From Vicugna vicugna (taxonomy: Eukaryota), in contig MU057809.1 in NCBI GenBank assembly GCA_013265495.1, forward strand, positions 1,975,062 to 1,995,805: 20,744 nucleotides of DNA, in the 5' to 3' direction. Position 1 is the first letter of the stretch, and the number at the start of each line of letters is the position of its first letter. Positions 10,180 to 20,315 of the stretch are shown one piece after another. Below the pieces are notes generated by a model that made no database searches, was not told the DNA's origin, and saw nothing but the letters and a program-made list of their open reading frames with translations. The position numbers and the translations under genes were made by a program.

Positions 10180-11734
10180 CTGCCAAATGGATGTTGCATT
10201 ATCAGGCGTGCAGTGACATTAATCTCATTGTCCATCTCCATCAGAGCTCATGGGTGACCAGGAGCATCATCAGTGAGCAGTAACATTTTGAAAGGAATCT
10301 TTTTTTTCTGAGCAGTAGGTCTCAACAGTGGACTTAAAATATTCAGTAAACAGATGTGCTGTTGTCCAGGCTTTGTTGCTCCACTCATAGAGCATAGACA
10401 GAGTAGATTTAGCATCATTCTTTTTTGTTTGTTTGTTTTGTTTTGTTTGTGGGGGGTAATCATGTTTATTTATTTATTTGTTTATTATAATTTTTTAATG
10501 GAGGGACTGGGGATTGAACCCACGACCTCATGCATGCTAAGCATGCACTCTACCACTGAGCTGTACCCTCCCCTCTAGCATCATTCTTAAGGGCCGTAGG
10601 ATTTTTGGAATGGTAAATGAGCTTTGGCTTCAACTTAAAATCATTAGCTGCTTTAGCCCCTAACAAGAGAGTCAGCCCGTCCTTTGAAGCTTTGAAGGCA
10701 GGTATTGGCTTCTCCTCTCTTTTGCTATGGAAGTCCTGGATGGCACCTTCTTTCAGTGTAAGGCTGTTTCACCTACTTTGAAAATCGCTGTTGTCTGATG
10801 TGGCGCCTTCATGGATGATCGAGCTGATCTGGAGAACTTGCTGCAGTTCTGCATCAGCACCGGCTGCTGAACCTGTGCTTCAGTGTGATGGAGACGGCTT
10901 CTCTCCTCATGAACCAGCCTCTGCCAGCTTCTGAGTTCCCTTCTGCAGCTTCCTCACCTCTCTCAGCCTTCATAGAACTGAAGAGCTGGGGCCTCACTCT
11001 GAATTAGGTTTTGGGCTAAAGGAATGTTGTGGCTGGTTTGACCTTTTATCCAGACACTAAGACTTTCTCCATATCAGCAATAAGACTGTTTAGCTTTCTT
11101 ATCATTTGTGTGTTCGCTGGAGTAGCACTTTTAATTTTCTTTAAGAACTTTTACTTTATATTCATAACTTGGCTAACTATTTAACATAAGAGGCCAGCTT
11201 TCATCCTGTCTTGGCTTTTGACATGCCTTCCTCACTAAGTTTAATCATTTCTAGCTTTTGATTTAAAGTGAACGACGTGCCACTCTTCTTTCATCTGAAT
11301 GCTTAGAGGCCATCGTAGGGTTATCAGTCAGCCTGATTTCAATACTGCCTGTCTCAGAGGCTAAGGAAGCTCGAGGAGAGGGAGTGAGATGGGGCAACGC
11401 CAATGACTGGAGCAGTCAGAACACAGTGCACATTTGTAGATTAACTTCATCACCTTATACGGGCACCGTGATGGCACCCCAAAACAATTGGAAGAGTAAC
11501 AGCAAGGATCCCTGACCACAGATCAGGATAACAAATATAATAGTAATGAATAGCTTTGAAATATTGTGAGAATTATCAAAATGTGACACACAGACACAAA
11601 GTGAGCAAATGCTGTTGGGAAATTGGTGCTGATAGGCGTGCTCGATGCAGGGTTGCCACAGACCTTCCCACTGTGGAAAACACAGTGTCCGTGAAGTGCA
11701 GGAAAGTGAAGAGCAGTCAGAGGAGGGGTGCCAG
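10180..11734 (-). mobile_element. Tigger1 (TcMar-Tigger) DNA transposon, 5' ~1.4 kb with decayed transposase; 3' part missing
   Basis: The - strand remnant [19 protein letters not shown] matches the Tigger/pogo DDE motif (LLIDNAPGHP). 5' region 'gcagggttgccacagaccttc', 'aaatgctgttgggaaattggtgctgatag'. Degraded TIR ends at 11734, followed by TA. Confidence 0.93.
10423..10575 (-). mobile_element. Camelid tRNA-Ala-derived SINE (vic-1 type) inserted in Tigger1
   Basis: Reverse strand ggggagggtacagctcagtggtagagtgcatgcttagcatgcatgaggtcgtgggttcaatccccagtccctcca (A box, AGC anticodon-like loop, B box). Perfect 13-bp TSD tagcatcattctt at 10410-10422 and 10576-10588. Confidence 0.95.
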
Positions 11735-11817
11735 TAGTCTGGACTGAGGCCATTTGGCCCGAGCAGCCTGAAATATTTCCTGTCTGGCCTTTTACAGAAA
11801 AAGTTTGCAGACCTCTG
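11735..11817 (+). mobile_element. MER58A-like (hAT-Charlie) terminal fragment
   Basis: 'tggcccgagcagcctgaaatatttcctgtctggccttttacagaaaaagtttgcagacctctg' matches the MER58A terminus and TIR. Confidence 0.85.
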
Positions 11818-11829
11818 CTCTGTGTACTT

Positions 11830-12018
11830 ACTGTGATTTATTTTTCTTTTTATCCCTTAACTCTCTGCCCCTTCCTCTCCCCTTAACATATAATTATTTG
11901 TTTATTGTTTGGCTCTGGTCACTATAACGTAAGCTTCAAAATAGACTATGTGTTTTCACTAAAATAACACCAGGTACATACAGGAGCTCAGTAAATACTT
12001 CGTTGAATAATGGATGAG
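11830..12018 (+). mobile_element. L2 3' end
   Basis: 'ttatttgtttattgtttggctc..cactataacgtaagcttc', 'caggtacatacaggagctcagtaaatacttcgttgaataatggatga'. Confidence 0.7.
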
Positions 12019-12019
12019 T

Positions 12020-12246
12020 CAGCAGCATGTGAGGATTTGGTCTTCCCACATCTTTGCCAGTGCCGGATATGATGAGATTTATAAATTTTGCCAGTAAATG
12101 GCGTGAGGTGGCGTTGTGTTGCTGTCTCCATCTCCACGTCTCTGGTCACTGCTGGCGAGGGTCTGCGTCTCTCTGTGCTCTCTGTTTACTGATGGTGCAC
12201 ACTGTATCTGCTGTCAGGTGCTTGCTGATCCTTCCCCTGGCTTTCT
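12020..12246 (-). mobile_element. Ancient L1ME ORF2 3' fragment, antisense
   Basis: 'cagcagcatgtgaggatttggtcttcccacatctttgccagtgcc...aattttgccagtaaatggcgtgaggtgg' is collinear with L1M antisense. Confidence 0.6.
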
Positions 12247-12279
12247 GTTGCTGCCTTCAGGAGTGCTTTCAATCCTGGG

Positions 12280-12875
12280 TTGAAGCTGATTTTCCTCCAG
12301 AGAGGGTTTGTATTTGCTTTTGCCAGTTGCCGGGGGCGCAGCCACCTGAAGGCTACATGTAAAAACTGCTTGCTGGAGGTGGCTGTGTGCTTCCTGGAAG
12401 TGCAGCGGGAGTCTGGGCTGCAGACCTGCACGAGGCCCCCTGCTGGTTAGAACCTCTCCGGGAGGGTTTCCCTTCCAACCCAGTCAGCCAGACTTGCCAT
12501 CTCACCTTCCTCTCCTACAAGGGGCTTCTTTCTCATTCACCTTTACACTGGGCGGGGTGGGGATGGGGCACTTCGGATTCTAAATTTATTCAGAAGCCTC
12601 TCTGAGGTTCCTGGCTTGTGGAGACCATTGGCTTTGTTGCCGTCTCTGATGCCTCATGCAGCCATCAAATCAGAAGAGTTCAGAGAGATGGGAGAGCTCC
12701 CTGCCCTCCCAGACTCCAGCTCTCACTTTTTTCCCAGCCAGCTTCTTACTCTCTTGCCTGATCGGAAATACATTTTAGAATACCTTTAAAAAAATACTTC
12801 ACGTAACATTTTTAATAGTTGTCAGTCTGTACGTTATTTAGGGTGTCTGGTCTGTCATGATACTGTGAAGTGAAC
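12280..12875 (-). mobile_element. Ancient L1ME/HAL1-like 5' region remnant
   Basis: 'ttcctccagagagggtttgtatttgcttttgccag' and terminal 'catttttaatagttgtcag...tctgtcatgatactgtgaagtgaa' resemble ancient L1M 5' ends. Confidence 0.4.
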
Positions 12876-12964
12876 CCTGTCTTTTTAAAATACCAGCATC
12901 TCCTTTATTGCTATAGGTTTGCAATTGTCTAGTAGACTGTGTCCTTTCACTCTACTACTGTGTG

Positions 12965-13325
12965 GTTTATCTTTTTTAATAGATATTTTGACATTCTTTA
13001 CATGCCTTAATTATTAGTCCTTTCTTTTGTTACAAGTTTTGCCTGCCAAATCAGTTGCTTTTTTTTTGTCACACAGAAATGTAAATTCTGATGTCATTAA
13101 ATTCATTTTTTCTCTTTCGTGTTTTGAGTTTTATGTCTTTTTTAAAAGGAATTCTTTCCCAGGCTTATACAATATCTTCCTATACCTTCTATTGATATCT
13201 ATATTTTGTTTTGAACATGTTGATCTTCAGTTTGTCTATAATAGTTTTTGTGGCTGATATGAGGTAGGCTTTAACCATTTGTTTCCCCCAGAGGAGAGCT
13301 GATTTGATAGCTGATTCTTTCTCAG
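12965..13325 (-). mobile_element. Ancient L1ME ORF2 fragment, antisense (probably continues 12020-12246)
   Basis: 'attctttacatgccttaattattagtcc', 'acagaaatgtaaattctgatgtcattaaattc', 'gtttttgtggctgatatgaggtagg' occur in the expected L1 order. Confidence 0.6.
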
Positions 13326-13822
13326 TGTATCAGCCAGGATTCTGGCAGAAAACGGATTGTGCAAGTAAACTGGAATAGTTTTTAAAGAGTTTAAAAAAGA
13401 AATTTTCACAAATGTGTGGCAGTTTGGGGAAACTAAAAGGAGTTCTGCCATATCCTGGAGCAAGTAACAACTGCTTTTTCTACCACCAGGTCTTAAGGGA
13501 TAAGGTCAGGGGAAGTAGAAAGCAGACATGGGTGAGCTGAGTGCAGAAGGCCATCTGACAGGGGCTGGGGCATTCTGGCAGGGGATTTGGTGAGCTCTGT
13601 GGAAACCTATAGAAAGGGGGCAGTTCTGTGTGTGGAGGACAGACAGGGTTCAGGGGCCAGAACAAATACCTTGACCTAATTCTTTACCCTCATCCCCACT
13701 TCACTGAAACCAGCTGGAAGTCATAGGAGCCCACAGTTGTAGTCCCAGCAGATCAGCCTCTTGGGCACAGAGCAGTGTGCAGAAGGGCCCATCTAGAGAG
13801 GTCGTGGAAGGTGCTCAGCATG
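13326..13822 (-). mobile_element. Ancient ERVL-class solo LTR (LTR41/MLT2-like; subfamily uncertain)
   Basis: Starts 'tgtatcagccaggattctggcagaaaac' and ends 'gatcagcctcttgggcacagagcagtgtgcagaaggg..atctagagagg..ggaaggtgctcagca'. About 500 bp, GA-rich, interrupts the L1. Confidence 0.6.
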
Positions 13823-13892
13823 TCTGCTGCTTGGAAACTACCTTTTAAATCCTCAACTTCCATAAATTATGTGGCCCCATACCAGAATAATT

Positions 13893-14163
13893 CGGTGGTT
13901 ACTGTGGCTGGATATACTGAATTTGAATCCTGATCTGCCGAGCACTAGCTGTGGGACCTTAGACAAGTTACCTAACCTCTCTGAGTCTAAGTTTTCTCAG
14001 CTGTAAAGTGGGAATAATAAAAATATACCCACTCACAAGGATTGTTGTAAGAATTAAATGAGCTAATCTATGTAATAAATTTAGAACCATGCCTGGCACA
14101 TAATAAGAGCCAAGGAAATCTTAGCTGTGATGATGGTGACGATGGAACGATGATGCTGATGAT
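13893..14163 (+). mobile_element. MIR SINE, near full length, with degenerate (GAT)n tail
   Basis: 'tttgaatcctgatctgcc..actagctgtgggaccttagacaagttacctaacctctctgagtctaagttttctcagctgtaaagtgggaataataa...gattgttgtaagaattaaatgagctaat...gcctggcacataataag'. Confidence 0.92.
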
Positions 14164-16270
14164 TTCCAGTCTTTTTAATTCTCTTCTGTTAATTGATTTC
14201 TTTCTTCCTGTATTAATATCACACTAACTAATATAATGTTATTTTATTTTTGTATTATTTCATATAGCTCAAACTCCTACATTGTTCTTTTTAATAATGT
14301 TCTTTAAAGTATTTTTTCACATATTTTAAAATTTTATGTAAGCTTTAGAATTAGCTTGTCAAGTTCCTGAAAATTCATGTTTGAATTTTGATAGGGATGG
14401 GGATCACATTTATCAACAAATCTGTTAAAAACTGGCACTTTCACAATATTAAGTCTCACCGTTCTTGAACAGAGTGTGTCTTTTCATTTATTCAGGCTTC
14501 ATTTATGTTCTTTAGTAAAGTGTTATAGTAGTCTTCATAAAGATCTTGCACATTTCTTTTAGTTTTATACCCACTTTGGTGTTTATGTTGCTTTTTTCTA
14601 TTAGATTGTTAAATTGGCTATTTTGGAGGTGGAAGAAAGCTACTGATTTTTGTGTTGACCTTGCATGTGGTCCGCTTGCCAGAACTTCTGTTTTTCTTTG
14701 GATTGCCTCTGATCTTCTCAGTGAATAATCATACTGTTTATGAATTATGATAATCTTATCTTTTCCTTTCCAATATTTATAGTTCTAAATTTTTGTTTAT
14801 CATATTGCAGTACCCAAATTGGGTATTGGGATGTGGGATTTTAGCAGGTAGAATAGAGCTTCTTGTTTTATTCTTCCTTTTAATGGAGATTTCTAGTATT
14901 TTACCATTACATATAAGTTTTTCTCTAAATTTCTGATATATACCCTTTATCCAAATTTGCTAAGTATTTTTGTTAGGAATTGGAGCTGAATATCATCAAA
15001 TGATATTTCAGCCTCTATCTGATAATTGTATGATTTTTTTTCTCCTTCAATATAGTAAATTCATTGAGACTCTTTTTTTCTTTTCCTTTTTATTATTGAA
15101 ACATATTTATATACCTTGGATAAACCCCACTTGGTCACAACACTTGGTTAACTTTTATAATTTAACATAATACTTTATTTTAAAATGTTGCATCTATGTT
15201 CATAAATGGTATTTCCATTTAAGTTTCTGTTCTCTTACTTATTGTGTTTACGAATTCAATTATGTTGCCCTCTTAAAATATGTTAGGTAGCTTTTTATAA
15301 AATCTTTTTCTTTGTCCTAAGATATTTTATATAACATGGGAATTTATCTATTCCATAAGATTTGGAAAACTCTGTCAAAAACCATCTGAGTTTAGTGCTT
15401 TTTCATTTTTTAGAGTTAAATCATTAACTATCATTTTAGTTTTGTCTATGATTATTGGTGTGTTCATGTTTTCTTTTTGTTCTTATGTAAGTTTTAGTGT
15501 ATTTTTCTAATATTTCAACCTGAAGTTGTTTCCTTTTGGATTCCTAGTGTGGTTTATTTGGATGTTCTCTCTTTTTTCTTAGTCAGACTTGCTAAAACTT
15601 TGCCATTTTTGTTCATCATTCCAAAGAACCTGGGTTTCAAGTGTCCTGATATTTTTCTTTTGTTTTCTAATTAATTTCATCCTTTATCTTCAGTAATTTA
15701 TTCTACCTTCCTCTTTGGATTTATTTGTGAGGTTTTTTTTTTTTTCTCGTTTTTTGAATAAGAACCTAAAATCTCATGTTTTCTAAATAAATGTACTTTA
15801 TATTATAGTATTCTTCTGACCCTGCTTTGGCTATTTCCCAGTCTTTATTTTATAAACTCTAATTGTTATTCATGTATAAAGGGCATGGAAATGTTTCTTT
15901 TCTTTTTTTTTTTTTTTTTTTTTATTTGTCCCAAATAAATTTGTAAGTAAGGTTTTAAAGTTCAATAGATAGAGAGATAGTATTTTTGTAACCATGTTTT
16001 AATTTTATCTCATTACATTCATTTAAAAAGATATATGTGATTTCTATTTTTTGAATTTGTGAATATATTCTTTTATACTAATATTTCGTTGGTTATTTTT
16101 GTGAACATTCACATGTGTTCTATAAGAATGTACATTATTCTCTGCCTTTCATAACTGGCTTATTCTCTATTAATTTCTCCTTGTTTTTATCTCATATACA
16201 CATTAAAACTATTGTGTTAAATACACAAGGTTATATGTGCTTTGCAAATGTTGTATTATCTATCTTTTAT
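14164..16270 (-). mobile_element. Ancient L1ME ORF2 (RT to EN region), heavily degraded, antisense
   Basis: Collinear L1 landmarks: 'ttagaattagcttgtcaagttc', 'gaagaaagctactgatttttgtg', 'ccttggataaaccccacttggtca', 'tgttgcatctatgttcataa', 'aaaaccatctg', 'ttccaaagaacc', 'ttttgtgaacattcacatgtgttctataagaatgtac'. Confidence 0.8.
15903..15923 (+). repeat. Poly-T run (T21)
   Basis: Counted directly. Confidence 0.95.
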
Positions 16271-16279
16271 GGTCTTGAA

Positions 16280-16480
16280 CAGGGTTTGGGAATTTTGTCT
16301 TGTTAAGGGCCAGGTAATAAATGTTTTAGGCTTTGTAGCCAGAAGGTTTGTCACGACTACTCAACTCTGCACTTGTAGTGTGACAGTAGTCTTAGATGAT
16401 ATGTAAGTGAGAGTGTGGCTGTGTTTCAATAAAACTTTATTTACAAAAACATGTAGTGGGCTAGAACTTGCCAACTCCTG
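16280..16480 (-). mobile_element. MER58A (hAT-Charlie MITE), near complete
   Basis: TIR-like ends caggg... and ...ttgccaactcctg. Internal 'aagggccaggtaataaatgttttaggctttg', 'actactcaactctgc', 'gtggctgtgtttcaataaaactttatttacaaaaaca'. Flanks gtcttgaa/atctagca resemble a diverged NTCTAGAN TSD. Confidence 0.92.
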
Positions 16481-16737
16481 ATCTAGCATAAAGATTATGA
16501 GACTCTGAAATTTAGATATTATCATTCTGTAATATCATCTGTGTCTGTTAACCTTTTTGGTAGTAATTTGTTGAAAATTTGTACAGCTTTACCCAATTTT
16601 TTTTTAACATTTCTGGTATTCTCCCTCTTGAATCTGCCTTGAAATTCTTTATCTTTCTAATATACATTAGTATTAATACATGCATTCTTAGCAAGAATAA
16701 TACTGTGAAAACTGGCTTAGGTCAGAAGGGTAGGCAG

Positions 16738-16760
16738 AAAAACAAAAACAAAAACAAAAA
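16738..16760 (+). repeat. (AAAAAC)n microsatellite
   Basis: aaaaacaaaaacaaaaacaaaaa read directly. Confidence 0.85.
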
Positions 16761-17039
16761 GACAACTTAGAGATTGTAATTGTGCCCTCCAAAGCTCAGT
16801 CCTACCCAACAAAGTCTTACTCCTTAGTATTTAATTTCAAGGGCAGGTTATTGATTAGGAAAGGCTCCTTAGGGGCATGATCATGAGAAAACAGTAAGGT
16901 ATTCAGACTTGGTATTGTTTCCTGAATGTAATGTTCTTTACGATTCTTATAGTGTCTGTTTCTGAGGTGACACGTTTTTCTTACTCCTGTGTTGCATATT
17001 GTGTGTTCTCTAGTTGTTCTTTATTAGGCCGGCTGGAGG

Positions 17040-17485
17040 CTGGTCTCTCCGGCCCCTTCGGAGACTCTCTTGGATTAGTTTTCCAGGTCTCTTCTAGATT
17101 CATCTATTTTTATCTTTATTTTGCTTATTGTTATTTGCTTTTCTTCTAATATATACCTGGTTATATTCTGGTTATATTTCTTTTTATCCCTGTCTCTTCT
17201 CTTCTTTTCTTTCTTCTTTGGTATGTGATGTTCTTATATTATTTTCTAAAGATTTTGCAATTGTTTCTTTAGCTTCTTATTTATTTGAAAAATGATTTAT
17301 TACTTGAGGGGAATTAAAATTTTTTTCCTTATTTAACTATTTTTGTATTATATTTTTGTCATGAATTTCAGTTTTTATTACATTATCTTGAGAATGTGAT
17401 CTCTATAATTTGTGTTCTTTCGAGTTGAGCCTTAGTTTGTGGCATAATACGTAATTGAGTTTTATAAGTGTTCTGTGATCACAAA
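17040..17485 (-). mobile_element. Second ancient L1M endonuclease-region fragment, antisense
   Basis: 'gaatttcagtttttattacattatcttgagaatgtgatctctataattt...tttgtggcataatacgtaattgagttttataagtgttctgtg' is the same L1 region seen near 16000-16130. Confidence 0.55.
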
Positions 17486-17507
17486 GTGATTTTTGAAGTC
17501 TGTCACT

Positions 17508-17740
17508 GTGGTCATCAGTTCAGGCGCTTTCAGCTACAGGTAAGCCCTGAAGCAGGGCGTTTCTAGGGATTGTTAACTGGGGACTTCAACAGTGCCATCA
17601 GAAACCTAAGTTCCTTCTGTTTTGCATTCTCCCCTCCCAGCTTGGGCGTGTCCTCTTGGGCTGCTTCTCCCTATCTTTTCAGCATGACTCTCATGGATAA
17701 TGACCAGATAAAGGGTAAATTCCTCCATTTAGTGCTTGTG

Positions 17741-17786
<46 letters not shown>

Positions 17787-18078
17787 CCCTCCCAGAAGCC
17801 TCTTGTAGATCCAACGTGCCCTTTCGATGACGAGAATTGCGTTACAGGCTCATTCCTAAAGCAGTCCCTGGGGGTAAGACCACCGTGGGTAGTAAGGGCA
17901 GTAGTAACTTGCTGCTTGAGGGTGCCTCGGGGTTGGAGGTGCAGCTGCCACTCCGGAGGAACACAGACCCTGAGCCAGAGAGAACAAAATCAGGGTTCTT
18001 AGAGTACGTTTAAAGGCTGGGTGGGGCAGGGAGTCCGGGGTGGTGGTCCCGTGGGAAACAAGTGTAATTGTCTACACA
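17508..18078 (-). mobile_element. MaLR solo LTR (MLT1K/MLT1L-like)
   Basis: 'gctttcagctacagg', 'caacagtgccatcagaaacctaagttccttc', 'cccagaagcc', 'cattcctaaagcagtccctg', 'gaacaaaatcagggttct', ending 'tgtctacaca'. Confidence 0.7.
17747..17783 (+). repeat. (GT)18 microsatellite inside the MLT1 LTR
   Basis: 37 bp of uninterrupted GT alternation, counted directly. Confidence 0.97.
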
Positions 18079-19249
18079 GTGGAATGCTTTTATCAGCTGT
18101 AAGACTGCATAAACAATCCACACACTTCATCTGGAATATTTTCTTTTAGAAGTAACTTAACTTTTGACTATAAATAATTGAGTTTACCACTGAAAGTTTA
18201 GTGTGATTTTGTTTTACTTTAATAAATGCTGCCCCACTGAAAAATGATTACTATAAAATTCTCTTTTTATTACTGTATGTCAGATATATATATTTTTGCT
18301 ATTTTGTTTATAATTTGGAATCTTAGGATTTTGAACATTGTGTCTTCTTTATTATTCATTGAGCAGTGAGCACTTGGTTTCCAGAAACTAATTATTAGTA
18401 ATAATAAAAGGTGCATATCTGGAGATAGATCAAAATGTAACTCAAGATGTGATTAGCTACCTAGTTTGTTTTTATTAAAATGTTATTTTTCCCCACATAT
18501 TTGTAGTCCAGGGAAAGCTTCTAATATGAAAAATAAAGTAGATTTATTTTAAGGCAACTTATAAGAATAATTAGTTTAGCAACATTGTGTGAATGCAGAT
18601 GAGATGGTCCTATTAAAATCTGGTCACAAAGTATATATGGTAATGCAGCAAGATTCATGCCAGCTAATTACTAGTTAAAGTTTGTTGTAAAATGCTACAT
18701 TAATGTGAAGTTGTGGTGTCACTAAATGAGTCCTGTCATAAAGAAATCATTTTGCCAATTATACCTAAAGTAGTCAAAAGCTAATACGTTTGGATAACTA
18801 ATTATCAGGATGAGCTTTTTTACCCCCTGGTGCTTACTGGTCCTTTGTTTTTCGCTTTTGTTGAGACAATACACAGAAGTGATATATTGTCACTTGCCTT
18901 CAAGCTGGAATTGTTTTTCTTGATGTTTAGGCATCGGTATCAATTAAGTGAAAAGAAATTCATCTTAATTTTTACAACTAGTATAGTGTGTCTTGTAACT
19001 GTTTAATCTTATAACTCTTAAGGTCTTTACTTTGCATCCAGGTAATTTAATACGAATAATGGATTATTAAATTCTTTCATAGGAGATAGGCATATTTAAA
19101 ATTCATAGTCCTTATCACTAATACCAGTTAGCAAAAGAAAAATGAATTCCAAGAACTTATATTTCTTAATTGCTCTTTTGGGATCGTTTTGTTACTCCTG
19201 GAGAAGATGCATGGGATTTGGCCTAGGTATCATATCTGACATAGAATAA

Positions 19250-19303
19250 ATTTATTCATTAATTTAGCAGTATGTATGGAGTGTTTGTGATTGCCAGTCA
19301 CTC
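19250..19303 (-). mobile_element. Short L2 3' tip, antisense
   Basis: 'ttattcattaatttagcagtatgtatggagtgtttgtgattgccagtcact' parallels ttcattcattcaacaaatatttattgagcgcctactatgtgccaggcact. Confidence 0.45.
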
Positions 19304-20071
19304 ATGTGTTCTACACATTGTTTTAAACATCGTCTTTCCTTTTCTTTGGTATTTCTTTAGAGACTTTATTTTATGTTAAGAATTCACTGTATAGGATGCT
19401 ATCCAATCACCTCCTTTTAACTCTCTGTCAGGAAAGCAATTCCGTGGACACATGCATGAAGCCCTACCTGCTCAGACACTCCACTACCTGGTGTGGCTGG
19501 TGAGGGGAGGCACTGCCCGAGCCCGCCTCCCTGACTGGGGCGTTCTCTGGGCACTCCTTCTCCTGCCTCACAGCTCCAGGATGTGCAGGGACTCTTGTTT
19601 CCTGCAATTTTGGGTCAGTCTCCCAGATTTTCACGAAGCAGCAAGCTTCCTTTAGGCCTTGGGGAAGTGTATTCTCTCTCGTATCTTGGGGCACTCTTAG
19701 AACTCTAGAGGACTAGGAGAGTAGTGGATTCTCCCTGTCTATTCCTCGCTCCCACAGACAAATTTGCTTCTGTTTGGCACTCACTCCTGTGTAGCATTCA
19801 TCCTGGGGCCCTGGATTGCGAATAGCCACCGTCAGCAGGCCTATCATCTCCACGCCTTGTGCTCTGTGCACTTTCGCTCTCAGCCTCGCAAGCACCCACT
19901 TCCTGTTGGGACTGCCTCGTAGAAGTTCAAGCGTATGCTCGTGGAACTCCGTTTTACGGGCGTACGCAAGTCGTAAATGAGCGGGATGTCCCGGTCTCCT
20001 TGGTTCCTAAGGGGCCCACCTTGGCTTCTGTTCAGGTTGACATCATACAATGAGACTGCAGTGAGGTGGGT

Positions 20072-20213
20072 CAGTGTATCTCCATATCACGACGCCACAA
20101 ATGGAGCACCAAGTGCACATCCCCATCAGACCCTCTGGGGGTCGAACCTGGGCCGTCAGGGTTTTGGAAGTCCTCACATGACTGCAATGTGCAGCCGAAT
20201 ATGAGAGCCACTG
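20072..20213 (+). mobile_element. MER5-family (MER5B-like) hAT MITE, degraded
   Basis: cagtg...cactg ends; 'tctgggggtcgaacctgggccgtcagggttttggaagtcctcacatgactgcaatgtgcagccgaatatgagagccactg'. Confidence 0.65.
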
Positions 20214-20315
20214 GCTTAGAGCTTGAACAATGCAGCTGTTGCAATTTTATGGTAGATGTTACAGAAAAATGTTATTGAATTGTCTATAAAATGAATTAAA
20301 GATTAAGGCTTTTCT

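Noticed and set aside
10248..10463. ORF with a transposase motif ([11 protein letters not shown])
   Set aside because: Chance fusion of a SINE tail with a decayed Tigger1 frame. The element is truncated and interrupted, so it is not a domesticated transposase.
10498..10573. tRNA-Ala(AGC)-like sequence (also at about 4122-4197)
   Set aside because: Both are SINE heads: they have A-rich tails and TSDs, and the stems are mismatched. They are not tRNA genes.
15903..15923. T21 as an orphan retroposon tail
   Set aside because: No TSD or attached element. It sits at a T-rich position of the ancient L1, so slippage expansion is the simpler explanation.
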